The notes: generated by a model not told the origin, from the letters alone. Shown: positions 39,683 through 50,249, counted from the first letter of the stretch. The stretch is 64,000 nucleotides of DNA from an uncultured Bacillota bacterium (GCA_946499835.1 CAMMTJ010000005.1:930-64929); one strand, 5' to 3'. Numbers and translations: made by a program.

Positions 39683-41623
39683 ATGAAAAAAATATTAAGC
39701 GCAATTTTTATCACAATTCCAGCACTCATCATTCTTGCAATTCTTGCCTTTGTGCCATCATCAAACTTTACGCAATTACAGAAAGATGACGGCTTTGTCA
39801 TTGAAAATTACAGCGTAACAATGCAGGTCAATGAAGACAACTCAATCGATGTGCAAGAAAGTATCACTGCATATTTCAGTCTTTCCTCTCGTGGGCTTGT
39901 CAGAAATCTTCCTTTGCAAGGTTATGTGTCAAATGTCGATGAAAAGGGAAATGTCAAAACTGAAATTTATGATTACACAATCTCAAATTTGAAAGTTAAG
40001 GAAAGTGAAAACGTCTATCTCGTTGATAGTGAAGAATATGGAGATTATCTTGTTTTGTATATTGGCAATTCTTCTTATCAGGCAGATTTCACTGAAAACT
40101 ATTCTCTCTCTTATACCATTTCACTTGGCGATGACAGAGATGGAAGCAAAGATAGTTTTTATTATAATGTGCTTGGCTCGGGATGGACAACGGAGATTGA
40201 AGAGTTTTCTTATCAAATCACTTTTCCAGACAAAACTGACTTGACAGGGCAAGAATATTTTGTTTATGTTGGTGCTTATGGAGAAGATGGGACAGGCACA
40301 AAACTGACATTTGAAGGGAACACCATATCTGGACAATATTCTGACCTTGAATATGGCACAGCAGTCACAGTGCAAACTTTCTTTGAACAAGGCTATTTCG
40401 ATGTGCCTTACAACTACACAACTGACGCCATTTTCCTTGTGATAGCGCTTATTCTATTGGTTATCGGCATAATTGTCATTTGGCGTTATCGTAAGAAAAA
40501 CAGAGTTATAGAAGTGGTTGAATTTTCAGCGCCAGACGGCATAACTCCAACAGAGGCAGGCTTTCTTATTGATGGTTGCGTCCAAAACAAAGACTTAACG
40601 GCGCTTATTGTTTACTGGGCGTCAAAAGGCTATTTGAAAATTGAAGAGAAAGACAAAGACGTTGTGCTGACAAAACTTAAAGACTTGCCAGAAAATGCAA
40701 CAACTCATGAAAAAAAGTTCTTTGCTGGCATATTTGCAAGCGAACAAAAAGAGGTGCTTGTTTCAAGCCTAGGCAACACTACGGCAGTTGCTGGAAACAG
40801 TGCAAAGGTGCAGGTTGAGAGCAGATTTAAGCAGTTTTTTGTGGACAATATGAAAATACTCTCCTTTGTGGCAGTTTTGGTATATATTACAATTATGGCT
40901 TTTGCTGTAAAACTTGGCTTGCAAACAAACAGCGAACTTAATATCTTCTACAAATTTCTCTTTGCTTGGAGTATGCTTATTGGCGTTTTGTGTTATGCCA
41001 TTTATGACAAAAACAAAGACAATTTTTCAAAAGTCAAAAAAGTTCTTTGTTTGATATTCTTTACTCTTTTCTATATCGCCGGCTTTGTGGGATACAATTT
41101 CTTTTTCCAATATTTTCCATATGATCCATTTGGAACAAGATTTATTCTCTCTCTTTCACTTCTTTTGACATGTATTGGTTTTTCTTTGGTGGAAAAATAT
41201 ACCAAAGAAGGTGCGCTTATGCTTGGAAGGGTGAGAGGACTAAGAAAATACATTCTTTTGACTGAAAAAAAGAAAATGGAAATGCAGGTGGAAGAAAATC
41301 CAAAACTCTTCTATGATATATTGCCTTATGCCTATGCGCTTGGAGTGAGTGATGTATACATGGAAAAATTTGAAGATATAAAGGCGACTCTTGAACAAAC
41401 CTCTGACATCGGCATAAATATTGCAGGCATATTGCTGGCTTCTCATCTTCTCAATGCAAGATTTGCTGCTATCGGAATGATTGCAACAAGAAGTTTGCTT
41501 ACCACTGTTATTGGGACGGCGATAAAATATGGAGCAAGTGGCAAATTTGGTGGTCGAGGCTTTGGAGGAGGCGGAGGCTTTTCCGGTGGTGGCCACGGCG
41601 GAGGTGGTGGAGGAAGATTTTGA
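39683..41623 (+). CDS. DUF2207 family membrane protein
   Basis: Follows lemA; LPYAYALG; Gly-rich GGGGFSGGGHGGGGGGRF end. Confidence 0.9.
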   Translation: MKKILSAIFITIPALIILAILAFVPSSNFTQLQKDDGFVIENYSVTMQVNEDNSIDVQESITAYFSLSSRGLVRNLPLQGYVSNVDEKGNVKTEIYDYTISNLKVKESENVYLVDSEEYGDYLVLYIGNSSYQADFTENYSLSYTISLGDDRDGSKDSFYYNVLGSGWTTEIEEFSYQITFPDKTDLTGQEYFVYVGAYGEDGTGTKLTFEGNTISGQYSDLEYGTAVTVQTFFEQGYFDVPYNYTTDAIFLVIALILLVIGIIVIWRYRKKNRVIEVVEFSAPDGITPTEAGFLIDGCVQNKDLTALIVYWASKGYLKIEEKDKDVVLTKLKDLPENATTHEKKFFAGIFASEQKEVLVSSLGNTTAVAGNSAKVQVESRFKQFFVDNMKILSFVAVLVYITIMAFAVKLGLQTNSELNIFYKFLFAWSMLIGVLCYAIYDKNKDNFSKVKKVLCLIFFTLFYIAGFVGYNFFFQYFPYDPFGTRFILSLSLLLTCIGFSLVEKYTKEGALMLGRVRGLRKYILLTEKKKMEMQVEENPKLFYDILPYAYALGVSDVYMEKFEDIKATLEQTSDIGINIAGILLASHLLNARFAAIGMIATRSLLTTVIGTAIKYGASGKFGGRGFGGGGGFSGGGHGGGGGGRF

Positions 41624-41713
41624 GAGCCTTCACAATTTTCAAAACTTCTTGACAGCGAGAGAGAAAAGGTATAAAATAGAAAAATCAAAGTGCAAGAAAT
41701 TGCACTTTTCTTT

Positions 41714-41799
41714 GCAGAAGTGGCGGAATGGCAGACGCGCAGGTTTCAGGTACCTGTGATAGCAATATCGTGTGGGTTCAACTCCCATCTTCTGCACCA
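41714..41799 (+). tRNA. tRNA-Leu(CAG)
   Basis: GCAGAAG/CTTCTGC acceptor stem, anticodon arm CAGGT-TTCAGGT-ACCTG, encoded CCA. Confidence 0.96.
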
Positions 41800-41965
41800 G
41801 AGGAAAAATTGCACTTAGGTCAGCCTGCGGACTTTGTCATCGGCAAGACGGTGGCGCTCAGTTTTCTCTTTTCACAAAAATGCTAGCGCATTTATTGTGA
41901 GTTTGCATTGAAGTTTTCGCAAAGAAGATTTTGTGTGACTGCGCAGCGGATGACATTCCGCATAG
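41800..41965 (+). repeat. tRNA-3'-associated modular hairpin repeat, copy 3 (modules A and B)
   Basis: ggtcagcctgcggactttgtc..cggcaagacggtggcgct nearly identical to the reverse complement of ~12505-12550. Confidence 0.88.
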
Positions 41966-41994
41966 GTGGTATAAATTTCATTGAGGTTAAGAAA

Positions 41995-42585
41995 ATGATT
42001 ATTGAAACTGATAGATTGATTTTAAGAGAATGGAAAATGTCTGACATTGAAGATAATGTTGAAGGATTGAATAACTTTAATGTTACAAAAAACTTAACTG
42101 TCAAGTTTCCGTATACAAAACAAGATGCAATATGCTTTATTGAAAAACATAGAAATAATGATGAAGAAAATTATTATTTTGCAATTCAATTAAAAAATGA
42201 AAACAAGGTTATTGGTGGAACTGCTATATTAGTTGATAAACACAATATGATTGGAAAGGGTGGAATTTGGATAAATGAAAAATATTTGGGAAAAGGATAT
42301 GGGACGGAGGTTTGGATAGCGAGAGCAAAGTTTGCTTTTGAAAATTTGTCTTTGAAAAAATTGCAGAATGGTTATTTCGAATTTAACGAAATCTCTTGGA
42401 AAATGCAAAAAAAAGTAGGATATAAAATTGTAGGAGAAAAAACTAATTTTAGCAAAGCCCTTAATCAAAAAGTTAAAGAGATTGTAACAGAATTGACAAA
42501 AAGTGAATTTAATAAAGCATTAGAAAAAAACTTTAAACAAATAAATTTTACATTTAAAGTTTTAGAAGATAACAAGTATTCGTGA
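41995..42585 (+). CDS. GNAT acetyltransferase (RimJ/RimL-like), AT-rich
   Basis: IETDRLILREW, YLGKGYGTE, NEISWKMQKKVGY. Confidence 0.88.
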   Translation: MIIETDRLILREWKMSDIEDNVEGLNNFNVTKNLTVKFPYTKQDAICFIEKHRNNDEENYYFAIQLKNENKVIGGTAILVDKHNMIGKGGIWINEKYLGKGYGTEVWIARAKFAFENLSLKKLQNGYFEFNEISWKMQKKVGYKIVGEKTNFSKALNQKVKEIVTELTKSEFNKALEKNFKQINFTFKVLEDNKYS

Positions 42586-42653
42586 TCAATTATGTAATGT
42601 CGCGAAATCAATGTTGAGAAATCAAAAAATCGACTTTGTTGTTAGTCGACACA

Positions 42654-42950
42654 AGAGAAAAAACTGCGCTTCTGCCTAGGCTCTATTCGAGCCGTTACGG
42701 CGGTGGCGCTCAGTTTTCTCTTTTCAAAATATGCTATCGCATTTATTGTGATTTTGCAGTGAAGCCCTCGCAAAGAAGATTTTGTGTGACTGCATAGAGG
42801 ATGACATACTGCCATGGTGCTTTTTTTTTGAAAAAGCAAAAACTACGCACTGACATTTGTTTTCGCCTCTCGCGACCAAACGCAACTCTCCTTACACTTC
42901 GAGTTGGTCGCGACTTGAAGCAATGAGGCAAATGCAAAGAAGATTGTTTT
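42654..42950 (+). repeat. Modular hairpin repeat, copy 4 (modules A', B and C) downstream of the GNAT gene
   Basis: agagaaaaaactgcgct...ggtggcgctcagttttctc, gcatttattgtga, tcgcgacca...ttggtcgcga. Confidence 0.88.
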
Positions 42951-43084
42951 TACAACAAACAAGTAATTAGAATTAAAGAATATTTTTATAAAGATGAGAC
43001 AAAAAGAGGAGTCTTTTCCAACACTTCTCTTTTTTTGTTTTAATAATCTATATTGTTATGATATAATTTTTGAAAGGAGGGGGT

Positions 43085-43480
43085 ATGGTTTTTCAGGCGA
43101 AGAAAAAAGATTTGGCGGTTGTTTGTGATCTTGCCGTTAAGATTTGGGGCGGAGATGAGAAGATGATGGAAAAAGAATTTGCTCCACGCCTTGCAAACAA
43201 CAAAATTGGAGTTCTTGTGGCCAAGGTTGAAAATGTGCCAGCAGGATTTATTGAATGTGCGCTGAGAGAGGATGGTGGCAAGGTGACAGGCAATTTGGAA
43301 GGAGTCTATGTTCTGCCAGAATTTCGCGGAAGAGGAGTTGCGCGAGACTTGTTTGATGAGGCTGTCAAGTTTGTAAAGAAAAAAGGTGCAGTAGATGTGG
43401 AAAGCGGATGTCCTTATTGCAAAAAGCAACTTCTTTTGTTAAATGAAAAGGGAAAAAGTGAGCAGAATAAAAGAAAATAG
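43085..43480 (+). CDS. GNAT acetyltransferase, AAC(6')-like, possibly truncated at the C-terminus
   Basis: GFIECALR, LEGVYVLPEFRGRGVA. Confidence 0.75.
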   Translation: MVFQAKKKDLAVVCDLAVKIWGGDEKMMEKEFAPRLANNKIGVLVAKVENVPAGFIECALREDGGKVTGNLEGVYVLPEFRGRGVARDLFDEAVKFVKKKGAVDVESGCPYCKKQLLLLNEKGKSEQNKRK

Positions 43481-43573
43481 ACATTTCCTGTTGCAAAATA
43501 TCGGTTTTTGGTATATTATATAAGATGAAAGATGTTTTTTTCAAAAACAAATTTTAATTTATTGGAGGAAGAT

Positions 43574-43972
43574 ATGGATAAAATTTGGGACAAAAAGTGG
43601 ATCAAAATTCTTATTTGGCTTAGTGGATACATCAACTTTATCGCATATGCTATCGTAGGTGGTTATGTGATTGCAAAGAGCCAAGATGAAGAACTTCGCA
43701 AAGAAACAAAGAAGGCGTTTATTGTCACCCTTGTTTTCACTGCACTTTTGGGACTTATCTTGATCTTTAACACAGCATGCACATTTTCATCATCTTATGA
43801 ATTTATAGCATTTACCTTGGTATTCACACTGATTACACTCATTGGGCAATTTATCACCTACCTCACCTTTATTCTCCTTGTTGCATTTCCACCTAAAAAG
43901 AAGGAAAAAGTGACAGAAGCAAAAGTGGTTGAGGATAAACAAGAAGAACCAGAAAAGAAAGATGAAGAATAA
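43574..43972 (+). CDS. Membrane protein (three TM helices)
   Basis: GGAGG RBS; hydrophobic segments. Confidence 0.65.
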   Translation: MDKIWDKKWIKILIWLSGYINFIAYAIVGGYVIAKSQDEELRKETKKAFIVTLVFTALLGLILIFNTACTFSSSYEFIAFTLVFTLITLIGQFITYLTFILLVAFPPKKKEKVTEAKVVEDKQEEPEKKDEE

Positions 43973-44061
43973 AGAAGAGAGGCAAAGGCCTCTTTTTTTG
44001 TTGACTTTTTTTGAAAAATGTTGAAAATCGTTTTGATAAGACAAACAAGTATGTTACAATA

Positions 44062-44084
44062 TTATTGAGATTAAGTCTCAATAA
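44062..44084. promoter_or_regulatory. Inverted repeat, probable Fur/PerR-type operator
   Basis: ttattgaga-ttaag-tctcaataa upstream of the peroxiredoxin and Fur-family genes. Confidence 0.65.
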
Positions 44085-44106
44085 AAAAAATAAAAGGAGA
44101 TAAATT

Positions 44107-44775
44107 ATGGAACAAACAAGAATGCCTCTTATTGGCGACGACGCACCTGCATTTCATGCAGTGACAACACAAGGGGAAATCAACTTTCCAGAGGACTATA
44201 AAGGAAAATGGGTGATTTTGTTTTCACACCCAGCAGACTTCACACCAGTTTGCACAACAGAGTTTATGACTTTCGGCTCTATGATGGATGAGTTTAAGGC
44301 GCTCAACACAGAACTTATTGGGCTCAGTGTGGACAGCCTCTATTCTCACATTGCTTGGCTTAGAAAAATTCAAGAACTTGAATGGAACGGCAAAAAGCAC
44401 ATTGAAGTTAAATTTCCACTTATTGAAGATATCAAAATGGAGATTGCAAACAAATATGGCATGATCCAACCGGGTGCTTCAACAACACAAGCCGTTCGAG
44501 CAGTGTTTGTCATTGACCCACAAGCAAAGATCAGAACAATTCTCTATTATCCACTTTCAACAGGAAGAAACTTTGATGAAATCAAAAGAATCATCATTGC
44601 TCTTCAAAAGGCTGACAAGGATGGCGTTGCAACTCCTGCCGATTGGCGTCCAGGACAAGATGTGATTATTCCAACCGCTGGTTCTTGTGGCGTTGCAAAG
44701 GAAAGAGTTGAAAGTAAGGCGGCAGATCAATATTGTCTTGATTGGTTCATCTGCTTTAAGCGTGAGAAAAAATAA
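44107..44775 (+). CDS. Peroxiredoxin (Prx6-type)
   Basis: FSHPADFTPVCTTEF, GRNFDEI, TPADW. Confidence 0.95.
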   Translation: MEQTRMPLIGDDAPAFHAVTTQGEINFPEDYKGKWVILFSHPADFTPVCTTEFMTFGSMMDEFKALNTELIGLSVDSLYSHIAWLRKIQELEWNGKKHIEVKFPLIEDIKMEIANKYGMIQPGASTTQAVRAVFVIDPQAKIRTILYYPLSTGRNFDEIKRIIIALQKADKDGVATPADWRPGQDVIIPTAGSCGVAKERVESKAADQYCLDWFICFKREKK

Positions 44776-45161
44776 TGAGAAAGACAAAGCAGAAAGAATT
44801 TGTTCTGTCACTTTTGCAAAAACGTTATGATCATCCAACAGCACAAGATATTCAAGATCAGGCTTTGCAGGAGGGGGTAAAAATTGGAAGGGCAAGCATT
44901 TATCGCATTCTGTCTGATATGGTCAGTGCAGGGCAAGTGCGAAAACTTTTGACAAAAGACAATGTTGCTCACTATGATTTTTATAGACCAAACCATGTGC
45001 ATATCGTTTGCAAAAATTGTGGCAAGATTTTTGACTTGCCAAGCGAAAAGATCTTTTTGCAAGACTTTAAGCAAAATTTTGGTGGATTTGAAATAGAAGA
45101 GCAAGAGGTGGAACTCTTTGGGCTCTGCAAAGAATGCAAAACAAAAAACGCTTCAATTTGA
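44775..45161 (+). CDS. Fur-family regulator (PerR-like)
   Basis: HPTAQDI, ASIYRIL, HVHIVCKNCG, GLCKEC. Confidence 0.9.
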   Translation: MRKTKQKEFVLSLLQKRYDHPTAQDIQDQALQEGVKIGRASIYRILSDMVSAGQVRKLLTKDNVAHYDFYRPNHVHIVCKNCGKIFDLPSEKIFLQDFKQNFGGFEIEEQEVELFGLCKECKTKNASI

Positions 45162-45182
45162 AGCGTTTTTTTTGATTTAATT

Positions 45183-46805
45183 TTATAGTGGCAAATCTTT
45201 TTTATCAAATCGGAAGACGCCGATGATTATTGTCACAATGCCGACAGCGAGCAAGATTCCGAATTTCCACAGCCAATCCATTGAGCCTGTCAAAATATCT
45301 GTGGTGTCAAAGAAGGTTATGATTGAGAGATAGTTGAAGAAATTCATTTGAGAAATTCTCATTGCGCTTGGCACAACGGAAGAACCAAACAGTCCAAGAA
45401 TTGTGCAGACAAGTGAGAAGATTGTAAGTCCACCACCGATTGAAAGAGAATGTTTTGTTCTGTTGAAAATTGCAGAACACATAAAGCAAAAACCGGCAAT
45501 GGCAAACATGGTCAAGAATGCACCAAGATTGAAGAGCAATATTTCAGAGAAGTTGATTGCAAAGTTGTTGCCTCCGACTATCCAAACGGCAATCACACTG
45601 ACAACTGTGAGAAGTGCAAACATAGAGAAGAGTGCGAAGAGAAGGTAAGTCATTTGTGTGACAGAAACTGTTCTTCTCTTGGTTGGTGTTGAAAGCACAT
45701 ATGCCATTGAGCCAGAGTCAACTTGACCTGCAAGCAAACTGTTTGCTGTCATGATGACGAACACCATTGGAAGAAGAAGTCCTGCGATGCGATAGAAGAT
45801 TGAACCGATAATAAGCCCATACACATCCATATTTCCCAGTTCTTCAAGTGCGACAGCGACTTTTTCTGGAATTTGGTCAGAGATTGACTTGGTTGCCTCA
45901 GTTTTTGCGAGTGCTTTTTCGTCATCTGTCAAACTTCCGTCAGCCGAATATTCATGTTGCCAGAGTTGATAAGTTGAAATTGCAGTGTTTGAGATGACTT
46001 TGACTGCTGTTGCATTGATGTTTGCCTCATCTTCTTCAACGCCTTGTGAGATTTGGAGGTTGTAAACTGAGTCATACATCATTTGATTTACATACTGGGC
46101 TGCATTTGATTCAAATAGTGCAGTTGAATAAACAAATGTTGGTGACCCTGATTGAGTAATATAGTCATTTACTGCGACAGTAGCAAGGGCAAGCACTTGT
46201 TCTTCTGTTGCAGTTGCCTCTTCCTCTGTTGCACCATTTGCAAGAGCCTGCTCCTTAGCCTGAGAGGCTATTTGCTGTGGAAGCATGTTTGGAAGAAACA
46301 TTTTGATGAGATTTATAAAGTTCGTTTCTGCTGCTGGGTCGCTGTCATAGGCTGCGAGTTGCCCAACTATCAACGCTTGAAGTTGTTCTGATGTGAAACC
46401 TGTGCCTTCAAGCATGCCTTCAAATTGAGATACCATACCTTGTGCAATTTGAGTTTGGATTGCGACCAGTGCATCACCTGTTGCAGGGGAGCCTGTTGCC
46501 GTCTCGTATTCCTCTTTTGCGTTGTCATATGAGTCAAACATTTGTCCAATGCCTACAACAATTTGATTTGATCCATCGACAGAAGTCAAATAAAGGTCAT
46601 AACTATCAACAGAATTTTCTTTCAAGACGGCTTCTTGGTCGGCTTGTGTGAAGACATCTTTGAGAGAATCTCTGATGTCATTTATTCCAAGATTGCCAAG
46701 CACAATAATGACAATTGCAAGCATAGTGCAAGTGGCAATGGTTACTGAAAGCCATTTGACCCAGTTTGCTTTGCATGACTGTTTGAAAAGTGCCTTGTTT
46801 ATCAT
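45183..46805 (-). CDS. ABC-2 type permease with large extracellular domain
   Basis: AGQVDSGSMAYVLSTP, FDKKDLPL. Confidence 0.85.
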   Translation of the reverse strand: MINKALFKQSCKANWVKWLSVTIATCTMLAIVIIVLGNLGINDIRDSLKDVFTQADQEAVLKENSVDSYDLYLTSVDGSNQIVVGIGQMFDSYDNAKEEYETATGSPATGDALVAIQTQIAQGMVSQFEGMLEGTGFTSEQLQALIVGQLAAYDSDPAAETNFINLIKMFLPNMLPQQIASQAKEQALANGATEEEATATEEQVLALATVAVNDYITQSGSPTFVYSTALFESNAAQYVNQMMYDSVYNLQISQGVEEDEANINATAVKVISNTAISTYQLWQHEYSADGSLTDDEKALAKTEATKSISDQIPEKVAVALEELGNMDVYGLIIGSIFYRIAGLLLPMVFVIMTANSLLAGQVDSGSMAYVLSTPTKRRTVSVTQMTYLLFALFSMFALLTVVSVIAVWIVGGNNFAINFSEILLFNLGAFLTMFAIAGFCFMCSAIFNRTKHSLSIGGGLTIFSLVCTILGLFGSSVVPSAMRISQMNFFNYLSIITFFDTTDILTGSMDWLWKFGILLAVGIVTIIIGVFRFDKKDLPL

Positions 46806-47812
46806 TTTTTGTCCTCCTTTTGTTTTTCATATTCTTTTTTAAGAGTTTTTCTTTCCCTTTTTCGCTCTCTCTTTGTCTTATCCAGTTCTTTGCTGGTGAC
46901 AATTTTCACCTTGCGCTTGTTGAGCAAAATTTCTTTGAAATGCCTTTCAAGATTTTGTTTAACTTCGCTTATAAATTTCAGATGATAGTTTTTAAGCACA
47001 TTGAACAGGTGATTTAGAGAGGTGGTAGCGATTTTTATTGTCACCTGCGTGTATTGTGGTTGGTCTCTCACCACTTCAAATTTAAGATTTTTGAATTTTT
47101 TATAGTCCTGCTCATTTGTAAACTCTATTTTATACAGTTTGAAAGCAGGGTTTTGCAATTTTTCTATGTCTGCAATGTCAATTATCTTTCCGTCCAAGAT
47201 AAGAGCCACTCTGTCACAAGTCATTTCAAGTTCGTCAAACATTTGACTGGACATCAAAATTGTTTTACCTTTTTTCTTTTCTTCCAAAATTATTTCAAGA
47301 AAAGTTTCTCGCATAAGTGGGTCAAGTCCAGTGGTTGGCTCGTCCAAGATAAGAATATCTTTGTCTGCCATAAGTGCTGCCACAATCGCTGTTTTTTGTT
47401 TCATACCTTTGCTCATTCGTTTAAGATTTGCCGAAGGGTCAAGTTGCAGTCTGGAAATAAGTGAGTTGGCATAATCCATATTTTTAAGTCCCAAAAGTTC
47501 GGCTTGATTTTTGAGAAAGGTGATACCATTGTTAAGGTCTGGAAAAGCGATTTCCCCAGGCACATATTCCACAAATTCTTTTATTTTTGGACCGTCTTTC
47601 CAGGCATCCATATCAAGCACTTTGACTTCTCCCTGTTCTGCCTTCAAAAAGCCCATAATGTGTCGAATAGTTGTTGTTTTTCCACTGCCGTTTGTGCCGA
47701 CAAAACCGAAGACTTCTCCTTTATGGACGTTGAAAGTGACATCAAAAATGCCTCGTCCCATACCATAATCTTTTGTGAGGTGTTCAACATCAATGACAAT
47801 TTCTTTTTTCAT
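46802..47812 (-). CDS. ABC transporter ATP-binding protein
   Basis: GTNGSGKT, MSKGMKQK, ILDEPT. Confidence 0.93.
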   Translation of the reverse strand: MKKEIVIDVEHLTKDYGMGRGIFDVTFNVHKGEVFGFVGTNGSGKTTTIRHIMGFLKAEQGEVKVLDMDAWKDGPKIKEFVEYVPGEIAFPDLNNGITFLKNQAELLGLKNMDYANSLISRLQLDPSANLKRMSKGMKQKTAIVAALMADKDILILDEPTTGLDPLMRETFLEIILEEKKKGKTILMSSQMFDELEMTCDRVALILDGKIIDIADIEKLQNPAFKLYKIEFTNEQDYKKFKNLKFEVVRDQPQYTQVTIKIATTSLNHLFNVLKNYHLKFISEVKQNLERHFKEILLNKRKVKIVTSKELDKTKRERKRERKTLKKEYEKQKEDKK

Positions 47813-48768
47813 AGCACACCTCCAAACTTTTTGTCTTCATGATAAAATTGCATGAAATAATCTTCGATAGTAAACTTTATTTCTTCAAATTTTGCAATAT
47901 CGTATTCGCCAAGAAGGGAAATAAATTTGTCAACAAACTTGTCATTTATTGCCACCACAGCCCACAAGCCTTTGTTGTCACAAGAAGAAATTGAAGGGGT
48001 CTTAACGGTCAAGGCATCTTTTCTTTTTCTAGGCAAAGAGGCGACAAATTTTTGATAATTCTTTTTGTCCTTAAATTGCACCTTAAAGTTTTTGTCTTGG
48101 TTATGTTTTATGTCATTGGTGTCAAAGGTGGAAACGATACGCCCATCTTTAATGATTGAAATTCTGTCACAAGTGGCTTCAACTTCATTAAACATATGGC
48201 TTGAAAGCAAGATTGTCTTGCCCCTCTTTTTTTCTTCTTTGATAAAGTCAATAAAAACTTGTTGCATTACAGGGTCAAGTCCACTTGTAGGCTCGTCAAG
48301 TATGAGAACATTTGGGTCTGCCATAAAGGCTGTGACGATTGCAAGTTTTCGCTTATCTCCCAAACTCATTTTTTTTGTTTCGCCAGCAGGATTAAGTTCA
48401 AACTTTTCAAGCAAATAGTCAAGTCTTTTTCTATCTTTGCAGTGACGCAAGTCACTCATCATTTGAATAAATTCCCAGCCTGTCAAACCTTCTGGCAAGG
48501 CGATTTCGCCGGGCAAATAGCCCACATCTTCAAGCAGTTTATAATAGTTGCCAAAAGATTCAAGCCCATTGACCAAAGTTTGCCCAGATTGAGGACGAGA
48601 AAAGCCCATAATATGACGAATAGCAGTGCTTTTTCCAGCACCATTTGGGCCAAGAAATCCGAAAACTTCACCCTTATGGACAATAAAGGAAACATCAAAA
48701 ACACCACGACCATGACCATAGTCTTTTGTGAGGTGGTCAACAATAATTACTTTTTCTTCACCAATCAT
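47809..48768 (-). CDS. ABC transporter ATP-binding protein
   Basis: GPNGAGKS, MSLGDKRK, ILDEPT, SSH. Confidence 0.93.
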   Translation of the reverse strand: MIGEEKVIIVDHLTKDYGHGRGVFDVSFIVHKGEVFGFLGPNGAGKSTAIRHIMGFSRPQSGQTLVNGLESFGNYYKLLEDVGYLPGEIALPEGLTGWEFIQMMSDLRHCKDRKRLDYLLEKFELNPAGETKKMSLGDKRKLAIVTAFMADPNVLILDEPTSGLDPVMQQVFIDFIKEEKKRGKTILLSSHMFNEVEATCDRISIIKDGRIVSTFDTNDIKHNQDKNFKVQFKDKKNYQKFVASLPRKRKDALTVKTPSISSCDNKGLWAVVAINDKFVDKFISLLGEYDIAKFEEIKFTIEDYFMQFYHEDKKFGGVL

Positions 48769-48890
48769 ATCTGTTTCCCCCAACAAAAATTTTAGTTGTT
48801 ATTATATATTCATATTATAGACCAATCTTTGTCAAAAAGCAACAAAAAAGAGAGGCTAAAAAAGCCTCTTGTTTTCCCATAAGCAAAAAG

Positions 48891-50249
48891 TTACATTTTC
48901 CTCAAAGGAGAAAGGCTTATTGCTTCTATTGCCAGTTCGCACATTTGAGGGCTGTTTGCCTCTTTCCATTCTTCATCAGTGATTGGTGCTGAGCCAGAAG
49001 TCTTTTTTTCTGCCAATTTTGATAAACCTTCTCTTTTGAGTTTCAAAGTAGAAAGTATTGACAATGAAAACGTCCTAGAAAAATTGCCAAGTGAGAGAAC
49101 GTTTTCACTCTTCAATTTTTCATATTTTTTGAAATAACTTTCAAAGAAAGGTTGTGATTGTTTTTTGAGGACTGTTGGGTTGAAGTTGATATGCAAAAGG
49201 TTTGCATTTTTCCCAGATTGTTCTGTTTGGTGATAATTTAGTATGCCAAGCGTTTTGTCATAACTTCTTAAAAAATATAGTTTGTCAAGTATGCCTTTTT
49301 CAAGACTGTCTATATTTTTTTTGTATATGCCCTTGCACAAAATTCTTGGCAGACAGTTTTCAGTGATAAAAGAAAAATGTTGAGCCTCTTTTGGAGTGAA
49401 TACTTTGCGACAAAGGTGAGAATATAATGAATCTTTGTCTATTTTCTTTTGTGCATACAATGACAAAAATTCTTTGCTCATAAGTCTTACTTTTTCACAG
49501 TCAGGCAGAAATTTGAAAATCAGTGGAGAGTATCTATCGCCATAAAGATACATACCCATAGCATTGTTTATGTTATAATTTTTTTGTGATTCAGGTGGTT
49601 TTGAAAGAGAACCCCAACTTTTGATTTGGTTCATGGTTTGCACATAAAGGAAAGAAATCGCAGCTGCTGATTTTTTGTATTTTTTTGCAACCTTGGCTTG
49701 TCCGTTTTGCAGTATCTGCATAAAAACATCATATTTTTTTGGAGTTAAACAGACTGAAAGTTTTTTAAGAAAATTTCGCAAATAAACTCTTTTGTCAGCA
49801 TTTTCAAAGTCTTCCAAACTTTCGGGGTCAGGGATTATGTCTTGCAGTAAACCATCGTCTTCTTTCCCAATTTCTTTTTGCAAAGAAATGCTTTCATTCA
49901 AAACTCTTGAACCATTGGTATTTTCTTTTCTATAAATTCGGTCGACAACATTTTTGACAGTCATATGGATAAAAGATGAAAATTTCACATTTTTTGTTAA
50001 GTCAAAATTTTTTACAAGGTTGGAAAATTTCATGGCAAACTCTTGCAAAACATCGTCTTCTGTATAGGCGGGGTAACCTTTAATTCTTGGCGCTGCCTTA
50101 TAGACGAAAGAGTGAATGAGAGGCTTGTTGAAGATATAAAGTTCTTCAACAAATGGATTTTTTTCATTTGGATTTTCTCGTGAAAAAGTTTGAGCCTTGG
50201 CAATAAGTTCTCTATTTTTTTCATCCCAATCTATTTTATCTTTCGCCAT
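48891..50249 (-). CDS. Divergent sigma-70-like protein with long C-terminal extension
   Basis: Region 2-like DDVLQEF...VKNFDLTKNVKFSSF; region 3.2-like ISLQKEI..LQDIIPD; region 4-like HTH. Confidence 0.65.
   Translation of the reverse strand: MAKDKIDWDEKNRELIAKAQTFSRENPNEKNPFVEELYIFNKPLIHSFVYKAAPRIKGYPAYTEDDVLQEFAMKFSNLVKNFDLTKNVKFSSFIHMTVKNVVDRIYRKENTNGSRVLNESISLQKEIGKEDDGLLQDIIPDPESLEDFENADKRVYLRNFLKKLSVCLTPKKYDVFMQILQNGQAKVAKKYKKSAAAISFLYVQTMNQIKSWGSLSKPPESQKNYNINNAMGMYLYGDRYSPLIFKFLPDCEKVRLMSKEFLSLYAQKKIDKDSLYSHLCRKVFTPKEAQHFSFITENCLPRILCKGIYKKNIDSLEKGILDKLYFLRSYDKTLGILNYHQTEQSGKNANLLHINFNPTVLKKQSQPFFESYFKKYEKLKSENVLSLGNFSRTFSLSILSTLKLKREGLSKLAEKKTSGSAPITDEEWKEANSPQMCELAIEAISLSPLRKM

Noticed and set aside
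41800-41900. HDV-like theta ribozyme after the tRNA
   Set aside because: The position fits, but I could only fold a long closing stem with internal hairpins, not the nested double pseudoknot; not excluded without a model search
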